This document shows, piece after piece, positions 12,973 through 30,150 of a stretch of DNA of 64,000 bases. Every line of letters starts with the position of its first letter. Position 1 is the stretch's first letter. The DNA lies in assembly GCA_965644295.1 (NCBI GenBank), contig CBFFRP010000147.1:62001-126000 (forward strand), in the 5' to 3' direction. Below the pieces are notes generated by a model. The model worked only from the letters and a program-made list of their open reading frames with translations. It did not search any database and was not told the DNA's origin. Made by a program: the position numbers and the translations under genes. The DNA comes from Paraphysomonas bandaiensis. Its lineage: Eukaryota; Protista; Chrysophyceae.

Positions 12973-13937
12973 TGATCTGTCTACTTCCACTCAACAGCAC
13001 CTTGAAGGGCTAATAAAATAATTCAGTTGCAGTTATGGATCACTGTCCACACACACTTGCGACTGGCAGTGAGTGAGCTGTCCACAGCATATGCCTGTCT
13101 GTCTGTTATGTATGTGATATGCTGTACAGTACCATGTATGCCTGCCTATCTGTACATCAGTACATCAATAATACTGAGGGATACACCAATGGCTGGGTAT
13201 GACTATGCCTACACCTGGAATACTGTATTTTGATAGGAATACCACAGAATACGTTGGACCGGAGATGTCCAACAGCATAGCTATCTTGAGTAGAGTGTGA
13301 TAGATACTCGAACTAGTATTGCAAAGATTGAAGACGAATGACAACCAAACTTACAAACAACAGTTACAGAAACTACCATTGCATAGGAATGTAATGGTAA
13401 GCCTGAGAATTGATACCGCGTCACCTCAAGCTTCAAATGGGACATCTTTCGCCCTATCCATGTGACTGAATTCCGCTTATGAATTTGTGATACAATTCGT
13501 TTGAAGTGGAGTCGGATACTTCGCAGTGGCGAATGAGGATGCTACATGTTGATCGGCGACAGCATGAATATCTACTGTTAATAGGCAAGAAGGGGTATAC
13601 TTCTAGTCTACACAGAATAGAAGATATATTCAAAGAATTTATGCCAACAAATCGCTATAAAAGAAAACACTTCGATATTATATAGCTAAAACTTATTGCT
13701 ATTGAATACATAGAAATTTCTCTATATACATGCACTCAGACTTAGATAGAATAGATCTAATGTCATATTTAGTAATAATACTGGTTATAAGGAATAATTA
13801 TACAGTCAATTACCCTTACATTTGTCAATTACCCTTAAATCAGCAAAGCGCTAATGTTGTATATATACATACAATTGCATCGAACCTTACCTTTTCTACA
13901 GAGTAATATCTAATCTTTATAGCTCTATCGACTACTA

Positions 13938-14252
13938 TATCGACTTCTGCAGTATGATGCGATGTAGATTATGCAATTGAAGTGAGTTAATTTTGCGCAA
14001 TAGGTGAAATGTAAAATCAACTCATAGGTGTCACGGGTGAAATATAGTTACACAAAGGAAGTGAATTCAGTTACTGATGTGCGACTATATAAGATATAGG
14101 ACTGGTGATCATATGATTAACAGGTGTTTCTGAGAACAGAAGTTCGCCTTATGTTGCATGAATATTGTATATGTTGTGAAGTGTTTAGATTAACAATTAT
14201 AATCTTACGTGTAGAGCAAGATTAACTTCGGTGTAATGTCTAAATTGTAATA
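13938..14252 (+). mobile_element. Diverged solo LTR of the Copia family at 58407-63740
   Basis: Colinear with the 344-bp LTR (tgcaattgaagtgagttaa, aactcataggtgt, attcagttactgatgtg, tagagcaa..ttaacttc); lacks ~40 bp between TTAC repeats; TSD not recognisable. Confidence 0.85.
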
Positions 14253-14587
14253 GTGTACACACAGAAACAATTTCTAGCTCAAATTACTGCCGATTCTTTC
14301 TTATCATCATCCCAACATAGAATGGCACTTATAAACACAATACCCAACACAAAAATATTTGGCTTGCCAAATTTAGTAGCAACTCTATACACAGTTGTTG
14401 CTATCAACACAATGATCATACCAACTATCTTCTATAACCAAAAATGGATTACCGTGGGCCAATTGGCACAACATGGTAATCATATACCAAGATGTCACGC
14501 TGCAGTTATATGAACTACTGTACATCAATAACAATTTAACTATATAACGCGCAGCAATACTTTTGTCCATAGGGGCGCAATATGCTA

Positions 14588-15986
14588 TTAAAAACCGGCG
14601 AAATGGCCAAGGACAAGAGGCCCCTTACCCTTCTTGGGTTTTGAAGGACAATCATGCATTTCAAATGTACCGTAGTCGTCAAAGTGCATCATATCACCTT
14701 CTTCTGCCAATCTGGGCACAAACGGTGGAAGAATCTGCCTATTGGCTACCGCCTCCCAGTCGACATCATTGAAGTAAGGATGAGACTTTATTTGTTTAGG
14801 GTCCACTAACCGTGTTGATAGATCTGCATGCAAAAGACTCGACACTAAGTCCTTCGCAGATGAGTTAAAACTCCTCGGAAATTTGATCTTCCCTTTCAGC
14901 ACTCGCAGGTATATCTCATAAGGAGACTCTGAGAAGTTCTTGCAAAAAGGAGTTACTCCAGTCATAAGTTCGTACAACAGCACCCCTAGCGACCACCAGT
15001 CTACAATACTGGTGTATCCCTGTGTGAACTTTCCGTTGAGCTGCTCCGGTGACAGGTAAGCGGGGGTGCCGACATTGGTCAGACACATGCCGTGTTCGTT
15101 GGGACGTGTCGAGAAACCGAAGTCTACAAGCTTACAATGTCCGTACTCGTCCAGCATAACGTTCTCCGGTTTTAGATCCCTGTGCATTAGAATGATGAGA
15201 AATTGAGTATTTACAGTAGCTAAAGTACAAGAAACAACCTCAAATATACACTACATACGCACTGTACCTGTACACGAACCCGAGACTTTGCACATGCCAC
15301 ACGGCCAAGAAAACCTCGCACAAGTAAAATTTAGCTGTGTTGGGAGGGAAGTACTGCTTCTTCGAGAGCCTCCTGAACAATTCACCTCCAGCCGCAAACT
15401 CAAGTACGAAATGAATGTGATTATCATCCTGGAAGGTCCCAAACAACCGAATACAAAACGGGGAAGTCATAGCACACAGGATCTCTTTTTCATTATTTAC
15501 ATGCCGTTCATCGTTATGTTTTTTAATATAATCTTTTCTTATGCTTTTAATAGCAACCCAAAGGCCAGGGCTACTCCCTGAGAACTTTGCGGCCCGCACT
15601 GTGCCCATCAACCCCTTGCCGATAACTTGCCCGAACGTAAATGTTTTAGCACTCACAAAAGACCGCACGGCCGTTTTCTTTACTAGCCAGGGTATCTTAG
15701 GACTTACTTGAATATTTAAACCAGACGTGGAGAATGATCCGCCGGGATTAACGACACTCTTCGATCTTGTCAACTTCGGTGCGGCCGCGGAGGCATCCTG
15801 CACTAAATATGAAGCACTCCGCTGTCTGTTTTTTAATGGGGCTATCTTGTTGACATCAGATTTAGGTGAGCTTCCCACATCTGATGCAGCTCGAGGGAGT
15901 TTCCCTGTCTGTGTTGCCTGTAGAGGGGCCTGAGATGACAGGCACTTCTTCATCTCATATGTCTCTTTGGATGCTCCTCCACCCAT
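14588..15986 (-). CDS. AGC-family Ser/Thr kinase, PKA catalytic-subunit-like, with a predicted N-myristoylation site; one intron (~15180-15267)
   Basis: GKGLMGTV, VAIK, YR|DLKPEN, DFGF, GTPAYLSPE, DWWSLG, AGC C-tail PPFVP..GDMMHFD; starts MGGGAS. Confidence 0.93.
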
Positions 15987-16729
15987 GAAGAAACACTATC
16001 ACTAACTAGACTATGATGAGGATTATAGTGTGGATAGTTAGTTTCACGCAGCACTTAATGGAGTTTCAGTCAAAGGTGATAACTGACATGTGCTGTTTAT
16101 AACATCTCGCCCAGTGCATTATGCTTGTTATACTAGTACGGTACACATGGACACACTCTATGCACACTCTACCATACACACGTACTCCTACACCAGAATT
16201 AAGGTACCTATCTATAGATGCTGCTGTACATTACAGTACACCATTGACCGAATAATTGTGGATGTACTTGCATGTCCACCAATAAAACGCATTTAGAAAT
16301 TCCATTCGCATAATTTTGAGGGCGAGAATACGTCATGTAGGATCTCGACTACAGCTCAAGTTCCGTTGGTCTCAACTTCTGAAATATACAGTATACCATA
16401 GAATACGCCTCTGTATGTTGCCCGAGAACTACCGTTATATTCTCCTACGACGACTCGTAACATTCTGCGGTGTTGTATGTACAGCTACACCTACAGGAAT
16501 ATACTGTACTGTAGTATGTGGACACCGCATGGTATATATGTGTGTATGTATGTATGTATGTGTGGGTGGGTCGGTATGTGACGTAAATGTCAGGTACATA
16601 ATTGTTCACAGAAGGTTCGAAACAGAACACCGCTATTCTAACCTCACTGATCGTGATATCTTCAGTCGGTCATCATTCTTTATCTCTTCATATATCAGGA
16701 TACTCATAGAGACTATCAAGTGACTTATA

Positions 16730-18166
16730 ATGCTCATCGCTCTCCTCTTCTCCCTCTCATTCGCTCTGTCTCTGGCGGACTCCTCATACTCCTCTTCAGA
16801 TGTATCTGGTGTTGCCACACAGACAGAGGTCAGTCACTGCTCTCTCTTATGTATCTGTATAGTGATATCAGCGCAGGTTATTCACCCTATCGGAGACTCG
16901 TCCTCTCAGTTGACTAATACGGCTTCGTTCTCTGCCTTTGAACACAGTGATATGAGTCAGGGACCCTACAAGCACTTAGATGAGGATGCCAATGATGTTC
17001 ATACCCGCTTATCTGTGGCTCTGCGGGATAGAGATGCCGCGTTGACACAATTAGAAACAATTCAAGCAGAAGCCTTGGAGAACGAGACTATTCTTCGTAA
17101 AGACCTTCATGAACGTACACAGAAAATACGAGAGTTACAAGCTGCTAATAGTGCTCTCATGGAGCGTAATGACGAGCTAGAGAGTAAACTGAAACACGCC
17201 CTTAATGTTAATAAATTGAACAGCCTGGGGGCTGACTCTCGCTGCAGAGACGCCCTAGCTCAGGTAACAGAGTGTGCTGCCAACTTAAAAGAATGCAAGG
17301 CGCAGTGTGAACAGAGAGAGGTGGAAATAAGGTCAGAAGAAGAAGAGAAATGTCAACAACGAATTGACATGGCTGAGGTATGTTATTCTTTGTTTCGTTC
17401 TTCTCTGCTCATGTATTTATCGCAGAGTGCTATTCGTGCTCAACCAGCTGATAAGACATGCCCTGTGTCTTCATGCCAAAAAATATTGCGGGATGCTTAT
17501 ATTACAAGTTTTCGGGAATGGTTTGTTGCGGAAGCCAAACTCTTGTGGTCTGCCGCCAAGACTTGGTCTGTAGGAGTTGCTACAGAACTGCGTTGGGAGT
17601 TGATGCGCATGAAAGAACTTTACGTTGCCACTGTTCTTCCTAGCTTGCGTTCGCTGTATGACTCGTATATACGCCCTACATATGAAAACTCCCTTTTGCC
17701 ATTGTACAAAACTCATATAAGGCCAACCTATGTTAGATTTATGAACACCGAACTTATGCTGAATGCTGTAGCTTATGCCGATCTCGCTGTGCGGAAGTGC
17801 CACTATATTTCGTATCGAGTGTATATCGGTGGATGTGACACATTGGTCTTCTCTATCCGTTTGGTGGGAATGGTCTACGGACGGTTACTCTACAATACCC
17901 AGCTTGCTATGTATCGAGCGGCTGTCAACCTCTCGCTCTTGCCGCTGATCGGAGAGACGCTCACCGCTGACGAATGGGAGCTCGCGCTGTATTCGATACT
18001 GTACGCGGTGATTGTTTCATTTTTGATCAGGTTCAGGCGACAGATGTACTGGGGTATTAAGACTTCGATGTATGTTTCCACTTTGCCTCTGAGAATCATC
18101 GTCCAAGCTGTGATGAGAACTTACCGGTACATCTTTAGGATCCCCATTCGGAGCTCTACCAATTAA
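16730..18166 (+). CDS. Hypothetical protein: signal peptide, coiled coil, C-terminal transmembrane segment(s); two probable 48-nt in-frame introns
   Basis: 478-aa open frame; hydrophobic N-terminus; heptad-rich region; GT..AG segments 16829-16876 and 17378-17425. Confidence 0.7.
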   Translation: MLIALLFSLSFALSLADSSYSSSDVSGVATQTEVSHCSLLCICIVISAQVIHPIGDSSSQLTNTASFSAFEHSDMSQGPYKHLDEDANDVHTRLSVALRDRDAALTQLETIQAEALENETILRKDLHERTQKIRELQAANSALMERNDELESKLKHALNVNKLNSLGADSRCRDALAQVTECAANLKECKAQCEQREVEIRSEEEEKCQQRIDMAEVCYSLFRSSLLMYLSQSAIRAQPADKTCPVSSCQKILRDAYITSFREWFVAEAKLLWSAAKTWSVGVATELRWELMRMKELYVATVLPSLRSLYDSYIRPTYENSLLPLYKTHIRPTYVRFMNTELMLNAVAYADLAVRKCHYISYRVYIGGCDTLVFSIRLVGMVYGRLLYNTQLAMYRAAVNLSLLPLIGETLTADEWELALYSILYAVIVSFLIRFRRQMYWGIKTSMYVSTLPLRIIVQAVMRTYRYIFRIPIRSSTN

Positions 18167-19054
18167 CTAATCCGAAGCGGAAATGTGCATGATGTGGCAC
18201 ATCCGGTCTGTGCCCACTGATGGGAAAGTATTGGTTCTGGTATATATATATATTTATTCGAGATATTCTATTAGTCCTGTGAAATATGCGGCATTTTATT
18301 GAACATTTGTATATGAGTTAGTTATGTGAAATTTACATACATTTGTATCTAGTTATGGGTATATTGCGAATACGATGGTGTATGAAAGTAATTTTATCAA
18401 TATGACGTACGTATCAGCAGAATAGTTTTGCTAAAGTTATACTTATTTTGTACTATGATATGGCATACCACTTAGGATCATTTATGCATATGGTATGTTG
18501 AGTTGCATATGGTATGCTGAGTCCTACCGGTAGTCATATAGATCATAGGATTTTCTTTTGGTTAGGAGTTTTCTGATGTCAATAATTTATCTAATCTCGA
18601 TAATTTGAATGTGTTTCACTCTATTTACGTACTTACTCTATTTATGTATGACCAACATTCAAATAGCATCAAGGAATATGCTAAGTTTTAATAATAAATT
18701 AATTATATGTTATTTATTCTTTTATTTTTCTGAAAATCATCATACCATTTTCAGTTGTCAGCATGTTCTAAATAGTGCTTTTTACCTGAGAAAGAAGCGG
18801 ATGGTCACTGAAACAAATACACAGGGCTATATTTACTTACAAAGGCATACAAATACAAAAATTAACAGACTTCACATATAGACCTAACATAAATCACCCA
18901 TTGAGAACCTTGTCACATTATTCCACCCTAACTTTGACGGATATGACTCCACTACACACTAGCTAAATAAGTAGATGAATTCAATCAATGGGGTTCAGTA
19001 GGAAGAGACGATTAGCATGGAGATTCCCTCCGTCAACAAGCCTGGGCGTACAAT

Positions 19055-20194
19055 CTAGTGTCTACGGGAAGCCTGACGATCTTTGTATCTTTTTAACGTG
19101 TCCGTAGCAAGGCAGTTTGACATAACGACACACCCCCTCCTTTTGAAGGGACACTTAGGCGGTCGGCACTCCTGTAGTAATGTGGTCAGGGAAACAAATT
19201 GGTAGAAACCTGAGCACGGATACCTCAGGTATCATATAGTCTCTTGCGCAGGCTGGGATGCCATCGCAAAATCTTTCACTCGGTTCATACCTGCAAGACA
19301 TCAACAACCTCACGACTAATAGGATCTATAAAGATTCACATACTTGCAGTACTCGGAGGCGTGCTCAGCTATACATTCACGCAGGGGGAGATTATGCTAA
19401 CGAAATAGTATAAATAGCGTCTTCATATGCGCAATATCAATATACCTCATCTGGCTGTAGAGACGAAACAAGAGGAAAAACATCTCCACTATCTCTCATT
19501 TCATCAAATACTTCGAGTACTTTGTACCTCTCAACTTCACTACTGAGCTCTGCTACCCGTCTCTCTAGCACCCGGACACTTTCAGCATCCTTACTAACAC
19601 TATCCCCTTTCAGGACAGACCCCAGCCAAGCCCAGTACCTATGTGCCCGGCTGGTGTAGGTCAACATCCAAATCCAATCGTAGAGAGCATTCGGTATAAG
19701 ATCAGACTCAAATCGAACGGTATTACTCCTATTAAGACCGTTTGGCTGGTAGAAGTTGCCATACCCAAAAAAATAGAGAGAAGGATATCTGTCAACTCCA
19801 AGAGCACTGCATGTATCTAACCACTTAAACGATAAGCACATACGACATCCGTGTATATGTTTCTACCTGCATTCTTTGGAGGCTCCTCACAGTTGAAATA
19901 TCCCACCTGCAGATTGTTCATAGGCGACAGCAGCTCTGCTATAACTTCCCAACTCGGATATAACTGTCTGTGTGGAGGTTAGCGTATGAGATCGTTATGT
20001 ATGAGAGCATGCCTGCAATACTCACACCAAGGAGCATAGAACATGACCGCCATGTCAGAGCTCCAAGTGTGTGTGTGTGACGATATATCGATAGAATCAA
20101 AGTGCTTGACAACTCCGCTACTCACAGTGTTACTGAGGACTCCACAGGGGCTGAGTAGGGATATGAGTGATAGGTAGACTACAATCACTCGCAT
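19055..20194 (-). CDS. Secretory-pathway thioredoxin/PDI-fold protein (WCEYC) with a Cys-rich C-terminus; multi-exon
   Basis: Signal peptide, FYAPWCEYCR|QLYPSW, VGYFNCE, CSALGVDRYPSLYFF. Confidence 0.8.
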
Positions 20195-21278
20195 TGCAAC
20201 TGAATATCGTTATAGATCCATATAAATAACAAGCACCTGCGAACTATGCATGGAAACCACACCGCCTCTGGACAACATGCATACACACATACTGTATATA
20301 GTGGAGAGCATACTGCTGCTGGACGTACAGAGTACTGTGGAATACCACTACGATCGTACTGCTTGTGACCATATTTGTCGTAGAGCTGTCGACGAATGAG
20401 AAGCCTCGTAATGTACTGGGATTCGCTGTCATGGTTTTGCTTCCTCATACTTCCACTTTGGTATCAATATAAGGCTTTTTAGCAACAAAAAACTAAAAAT
20501 GTTGAAAATCACATGAAAATAGATACAGGTCCGCATGTGGATCATATACAGGAGTATCTATAGCTACATGTACAGCACGCATGCATGTTATGCCTCCCAA
20601 GAAGAGCATTGCTATGTTAATGTATATTAAGAATCCATGGCAATGTCGTAGCAGTATTGAGTCACAGTCACAAGTTTGCTTACTATTCTGAACACTGATA
20701 CTACTGTCGCATATCTTAATGGGCTACAGAGGCGACAGAGATGCCCCCCTATTCAGGCCGTGCTCTAGTATTCTATAGGATCCCACGATAGCGTTCGACT
20801 AATACAAGGACGAACACAGGAGCATCGGTTACGAAAGGTGGGTTACGTTCCGTCATATCGAAATCCGATCTGTGCTATCCTTATATTGACCAAATTCTAG
20901 TGGACACACTAACCACACTCCACACTCAACTAAATTGAAATATAACCTCATAAAGTAATGTAATGATGTTGATCTTAAACGAACTGAACTTTTCTATTTC
21001 AGCCTCTTTCATGCTCTTCCTACCTTATACAAATGATGTGGTCCTATAGTATTCATAATAAGAAACTTTATTACGTTAGCACCTGTAGCAAGTAAATCAG
21101 TCACCAATCTATCTTTTCTCAGTACCTTTTCATTCTGTTTGTCACTCTCAGAGCTGGGGTGTGGTTGCTATGTAAGTATTCAAATACAATGTAACTTCTG
21201 GTACAACACCTTGTCTCGGACATAAATGCGCCTGAAAACTGCCGATAATCAATTTGTAACAAGTAGCAGTCTTTAATA

Positions 21279-21319
21279 ATTCGTACAATTTACAATGGTA
21301 AATTGTAAATTGTACGAAT
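21279..21319. repeat. Perfect 18-bp inverted repeat with a 5-nt loop
   Basis: attcgtacaatttacaat-ggtaa-attgtaaattgtacgaat. Confidence 0.9.
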
Positions 21320-22253
21320 GGTGCTCCTATCCATAGCAACAAGTATAGCTGTATAATTCTATGTTACCTACTGTCCTACTGTTTTTCATTTTGAAAGTCA
21401 ACTTCACTCTCCAGATGAATGGCCATTTTCTCTTGTATAGTAGTGAAGAGAGATGGAAAATTCTAAAACGGTCCTTATACTCAACTGGAAATATATGGGA
21501 GATGTACTTCTTCACAGCTTCCCGCCAAAGAAATGCAAAGAGAATGTCACAAACTTGATTTATGACCTTGAGAGGCGAGTCGACTTATTTCTGCCTAAGA
21601 GACCGTCACGTTAATACTCCAAATATATCATCTGCATCATCAAACACCGATCAATTTAACTTTTCTTGTTCTATATCGTATAGAGATCTGGAGCCCTCCT
21701 TGCTCCTTTATTATATAGATATAATTACATAAACACTTCACTGGCTCCTATTGCTATAATATGTGTGAAGTAAGTATTAGTATTCACTTGTGATGATTGA
21801 AGAATATAAAAATCGTTCTGATATCTTACAATTGAAGCTCTTTCTGAGCTGCATAAATTTATTTGTAATTGAACTATATGGCTAGGCCTGAAATGTAAAT
21901 GAACTGGATGGGTTCTAGGATATGTATGTGCTGTTTGTTGCGTTTAATGTTAGATTCGTTTCGTGTATGTTATTTGGGTTGGTAATGACAGACATAGAAG
22001 AGTGTGACATGAATTACGTGAAAACAGAAAGGTGACTCCTTCTAATTCTATTCGTTCAGTAGAAGTTATTATTTGTTTACAAAATTAAATATCTAACAAT
22101 GATACAGGATTAGAACTAGTATGCTGATAATGTGCATATTTAATTTATGCATGGTTTACTTCTTAATTGTGTTGCCTACAACAACACTGTTTACAGTCTG
22201 ATTCTATAGACATAGTATATATTGATACATAACTCACGAAGTCGTCGGTTCAT

Positions 22254-23043
22254 TAGGGATGCGTATCCGGCTGTAGTCTATTATTAATACAATTAGTTTA
22301 CAATTATTACTTTCTGTCTCAATTACGATTATTGCAATTAACTGCAATTAATTAGTACTGAAATACACTAGCTGCCAATATAGCTACCTCAATTGTCATT
22401 TCATTCCAGAGTCGACGGTTCATGCGTAAAAACATAAGTAATACTCTTGCGCATATCAGTCATAACAATCTTGATTCTACTGAACAACCTTCCAATCCTA
22501 GTGGTTGTGGCACCCAAGTGCTTCATCAGCTGTAAATAGTTTGCTCATTAAGACGTGCTCGCTTAAGTTGCCTGCTACCATCAACCTAGCGTTTCGCTGC
22601 ATCATCATTCTGAACTAGACTCTCACTGTCATTATCTTCTTCATCCTCATAGAGCAAAATTGTATTAATTTTAATGTTCCTTACTGCACGTCAACTCATC
22701 AACAATCAAACCAGAATGCATTGGAAGCATTGCAATCTCAAAGAACACTCGTGTGTTGACTTCTAGCACCAGCTTTCGCTCATATCGCCAATTATTTAAA
22801 TGAATTATTATGTATATTCTCCGATGGATATTATAGGTTTTTATTAATCTTCGATTTTATCTTGATAATTGAATTTTCGCAATAAAAATGCCGTTTTTTA
22901 TCAACTTTTCAGAATAAAAGGTGATGTTTTTATATCAATAAATTGACGCTAGCTGGAGTCACTTATATTTGCAGCTTTGATTTGATGTCCAATTTCAATC
23001 ATTGCAATTTCAATAATTGACTAGTTATTGGTACGCAGCTCTG
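22254..23043 (-). mobile_element. Non-autonomous hAT element (790-bp internal-deletion derivative)
   Basis: Degenerate 14-bp TIRs (TAGGGATGCGTATC / GGTACGCAGCTCTG), exact 8-bp TSD CGGTTCAT (22246-22253, 23044-23051), decayed C-terminal transposase homologous to 57610-57920. Confidence 0.9.
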
Positions 23044-23489
23044 CGGTTCATCAGTTATCATAGGCTACAATATTTCGAATATTCACACATACAATGACAA
23101 AATTTAGTCAACACACATCATTCAACAGAGCTAAGTGTCAATTTATATATAAAGTATACTCTAAAACAAATAGTTATAAAAAGATTTTACTTGTATATGT
23201 AAGAATACAAATATTATAAGTGGAAAAAATATGTACACTGCATAGAGGATCACGGCAAACTGAATATATGTACTGATTCTTTCGTTGCCCTTTTAATCTG
23301 GCCTTATTTGATTTTACTTAACCAAAAAGTATGATATCTTCACTGGCTCACTCAATATATTACCGGTGTAAAATAATGCATACTCTTTATCCTTAATATT
23401 ATACTATTCACATATCAGACATAGTAAAAACTTCAAACATTTTCTAAAACAATTTCTCTGTTCTCTACGTTCTAGTGACTTCAACTCTG

Positions 23490-24090
23490 CTAATGCCCCC
23501 CAATCCCTGATGACAACGACGACAGTATACCAGCAGCATTAAATCCTTTGGCCTCCTGCGAACTAGGTGCACCATGCCTTGCAGCTGCGCTGTGTAATTT
23601 ATTCTGCTCATTTATGGCCGTTATGATGTGATTCAAATTCGTCTCCAGGACCATTCCGCCCATTATTATCTCGTCTATTATGTAGTGTACCTTATCAGAG
23701 TGGAATATGAGATCGAGCTCACACACGCTCTCAAAACATTGATCTAACGCCTCCACGAACACTTGTATCAGGTCTAGTATTCCTAGATCAGACTCTTGCT
23801 GATCTACAGCGAATATGAAGTACAGAGTTGCATAGTGACGGTATATTATCTTGGTGGTATCTCCCAACTCAGGTACACACCCTTCAAGATAGTTACAGAA
23901 TGATTCCGATCGTTGTGCTACTTGTTGAAATATTTTTCTAATAACAGCCTGTTGCTGATCTTCATCCATCTGATAATACACAGTGCAGTTAACGCCTAGC
24001 AGACACATACATAACTCATACCAGAGCCTGGTAGAACTTAACCAGTCTAGGCTTGCCGTGATTGTTCACTATCAAGATACCTTTAATCAT
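23490..24090 (-). CDS. AP3S: AP-3 adaptor complex subunit sigma; one intron (23970-24021)
   Basis: MIKGILIVNNHGKPRLVKFY, YRHYATLYF, ESDLGILDLIQVFVEALDQCFESVCELDLIFH, MGGMVLETN. Confidence 0.93.
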
Positions 24091-24640
24091 TACTTCAGAG
24101 TGATCGAGTTACTACTCTCGTTCAACTACTAAGTGTGTCTCACAGACCAGCAGAGCACCACTTAATGCCTGCTCTCCCACTGCTACATACATACATACGT
24201 ACATATACATCCATGCATATACTGTATGTACACTGTACACCTGAGCCTACAGCAGAGTACACTGGGCTCTTAATACAGTGTGAATACAGCCAATAATACA
24301 GTCGTCAGAACTTGATTTGGATCTATGGAACTCTCTGTAGGGCTGTGTATACCTATAGAAGCCTGTCAGAATCCTCTGCAACTCTACGTATATGTCCATA
24401 CATAATTGCAGCAGAGTTGTGTATACCACTCTAGCACTGTGTGCCGAGGCAGACCTACACCTACATGCATCGATATACGTACATATACATCCATATACAT
24501 CCATATACATCCATATACATACATATACAGTGCATAGGTATGATAGCTGCAGTCTTCTGCCTCATATATATGCACAGCACTGATAGGAGATACACTCTAC
24601 ACCCCACTCTCCTGCTGCAGCTCAAAACACTTCAATCCCC

Positions 24641-28494
<3,854 letters not shown>

Positions 28495-29195
28495 ACGATG
28501 GCTTGTGTTTCACGTGAACTTATGTGTGAGTCGACTGTGTGTTTTGATAACAACCTTAGTTATTGAGGCTCGATGTAGTCATTCTTGATCTAGTAGTTTC
28601 TTAACCTGTTTATGACTGACATAATGAGTAAATAATTGCGACGGAAAGAAAGCAGGAGTGATGACATTTTCATGTTTATCACGGTTGCAGATACTTGAAG
28701 AAAAACGCGTATAATGACATAGGAATAGGCAGAACCAATGAAACAATGTTTCATGACAAGCAGGGGACGATAACAATATATAAAAAATATGTTGTAATAT
28801 ATTGACGAGCGTTTGACTACCATCTAGCATAAGTTGACAATGGAGAAGTAAGAAGTAATCAATACGAGGTTGAGAGGGCCAAATGCTGCAGCGTACACAA
28901 TAGCGATAATTGAAGCTGATTTACTTTCGGAAACTCCACCTGAGAGTTTTTTGTATTGTTTTCTTAAAGTTATTGAACTACTAGACACTGTGAAATTTGC
29001 TGAGCAGCAATGAAGACATTATTCAGGATAATCGTTCATTATTTACTCTTACTATGTGAATGCTACTTGTTTGATAAGATAGATACCGTATTCTTCCACA
29101 ATATTCAACATTCCGTACTTAAATACGTAAAACGTCCGACATAACGATAACACAGATAACCACAATAACATGCGAGTAATTAATACCTTGCTTGG

Positions 29196-30150
29196 TTATC
29201 TATGTGATGCCGGGCGGATGATCTTGAAGGAACACACTAAATCAGTTTTCACAATCATCATAGCGCCAGCGTTGTCAAACTCCCCACAGTAATTAGGTGC
29301 AGAAAATATAGTAACGAGCTGACGGTCAGCCTGAAACTCGTACCCATCTTCCACAACTTGATGAGCTCGACATATTAAATCAAGATTATGTCTTCCAAGA
29401 AAATCCGCGATAACATCATGGCCAAATGTATAAGAAACCCCCCTGCCAGCCACTTAACAATCAAAAATATCACGAAAATAGCCATATCACTAACCTGGCG
29501 TTATATCCCCATCCCATAACACTAGGATCAGGATCTGCCCACAGCAAGTCGCAGAGTAGGCCTTCATCTGGCACATCAGTTGGACGCGGGATATCAAATA
29601 TTTGACTCAAGTGGTCTAAGTCTGGTGAAAGACCACCATGCATGCATAAAATTTTATCTTCGACAACAGCCGCAATAGGCATACAGTTAAAAGCATCCGC
29701 AAATACTCTCCAAAGCTTAACAGAATATCGCCTTTTACACTCATCATAAAATCCATATATTCTATTGAGTGAAGCGCACTCATGATTCCCACGCAATAGA
29801 AAGAAAGACTCCGGATACTTTATTTTATAACACATTACAAGAGTAATGACCTCAATGCTCTGTTTGGCACGATCCACATAATCACCTAAGAACAAATAAT
29901 TTGAATCTGGAGGAAATCCGCCAATTTCAAAGAGACGAAGCAGGTCTGAATACTGTCCGTGTGTGTCTCCGCATATGTTAACAGGTGCATTGACCTCTAG
30001 TAGCATCGGCTGTAATAGGAATATATCTCTGGCTGCACGGACTATCTTAGTAATGACATCTTCAGGTAATGAGACCTCTGTTCCCGGCAGATCATCGATC
30101 ACAGACAACAGCTGCGTGATAGCCGCATCAATATCTACGCTGTGCGACAT
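29196..30150 (-). CDS. Serine/threonine protein phosphatase, PP1-type catalytic subunit; intron 29443-29494
   Basis: [52 protein letters not shown]. Confidence 0.95.

Noticed and set aside
13254-13840. 7-bp hairpin (gttggac/gtccaac) and 14-bp direct repeat gtcaattaccctta as Helitron or CACTA ends
   Set aside because: No properly spaced CTRR terminus, partner end or second copy in the window.
18485-18522. 19-bp tandem duplication
   Set aside because: Consistent with ordinary replication slippage in intergenic DNA.
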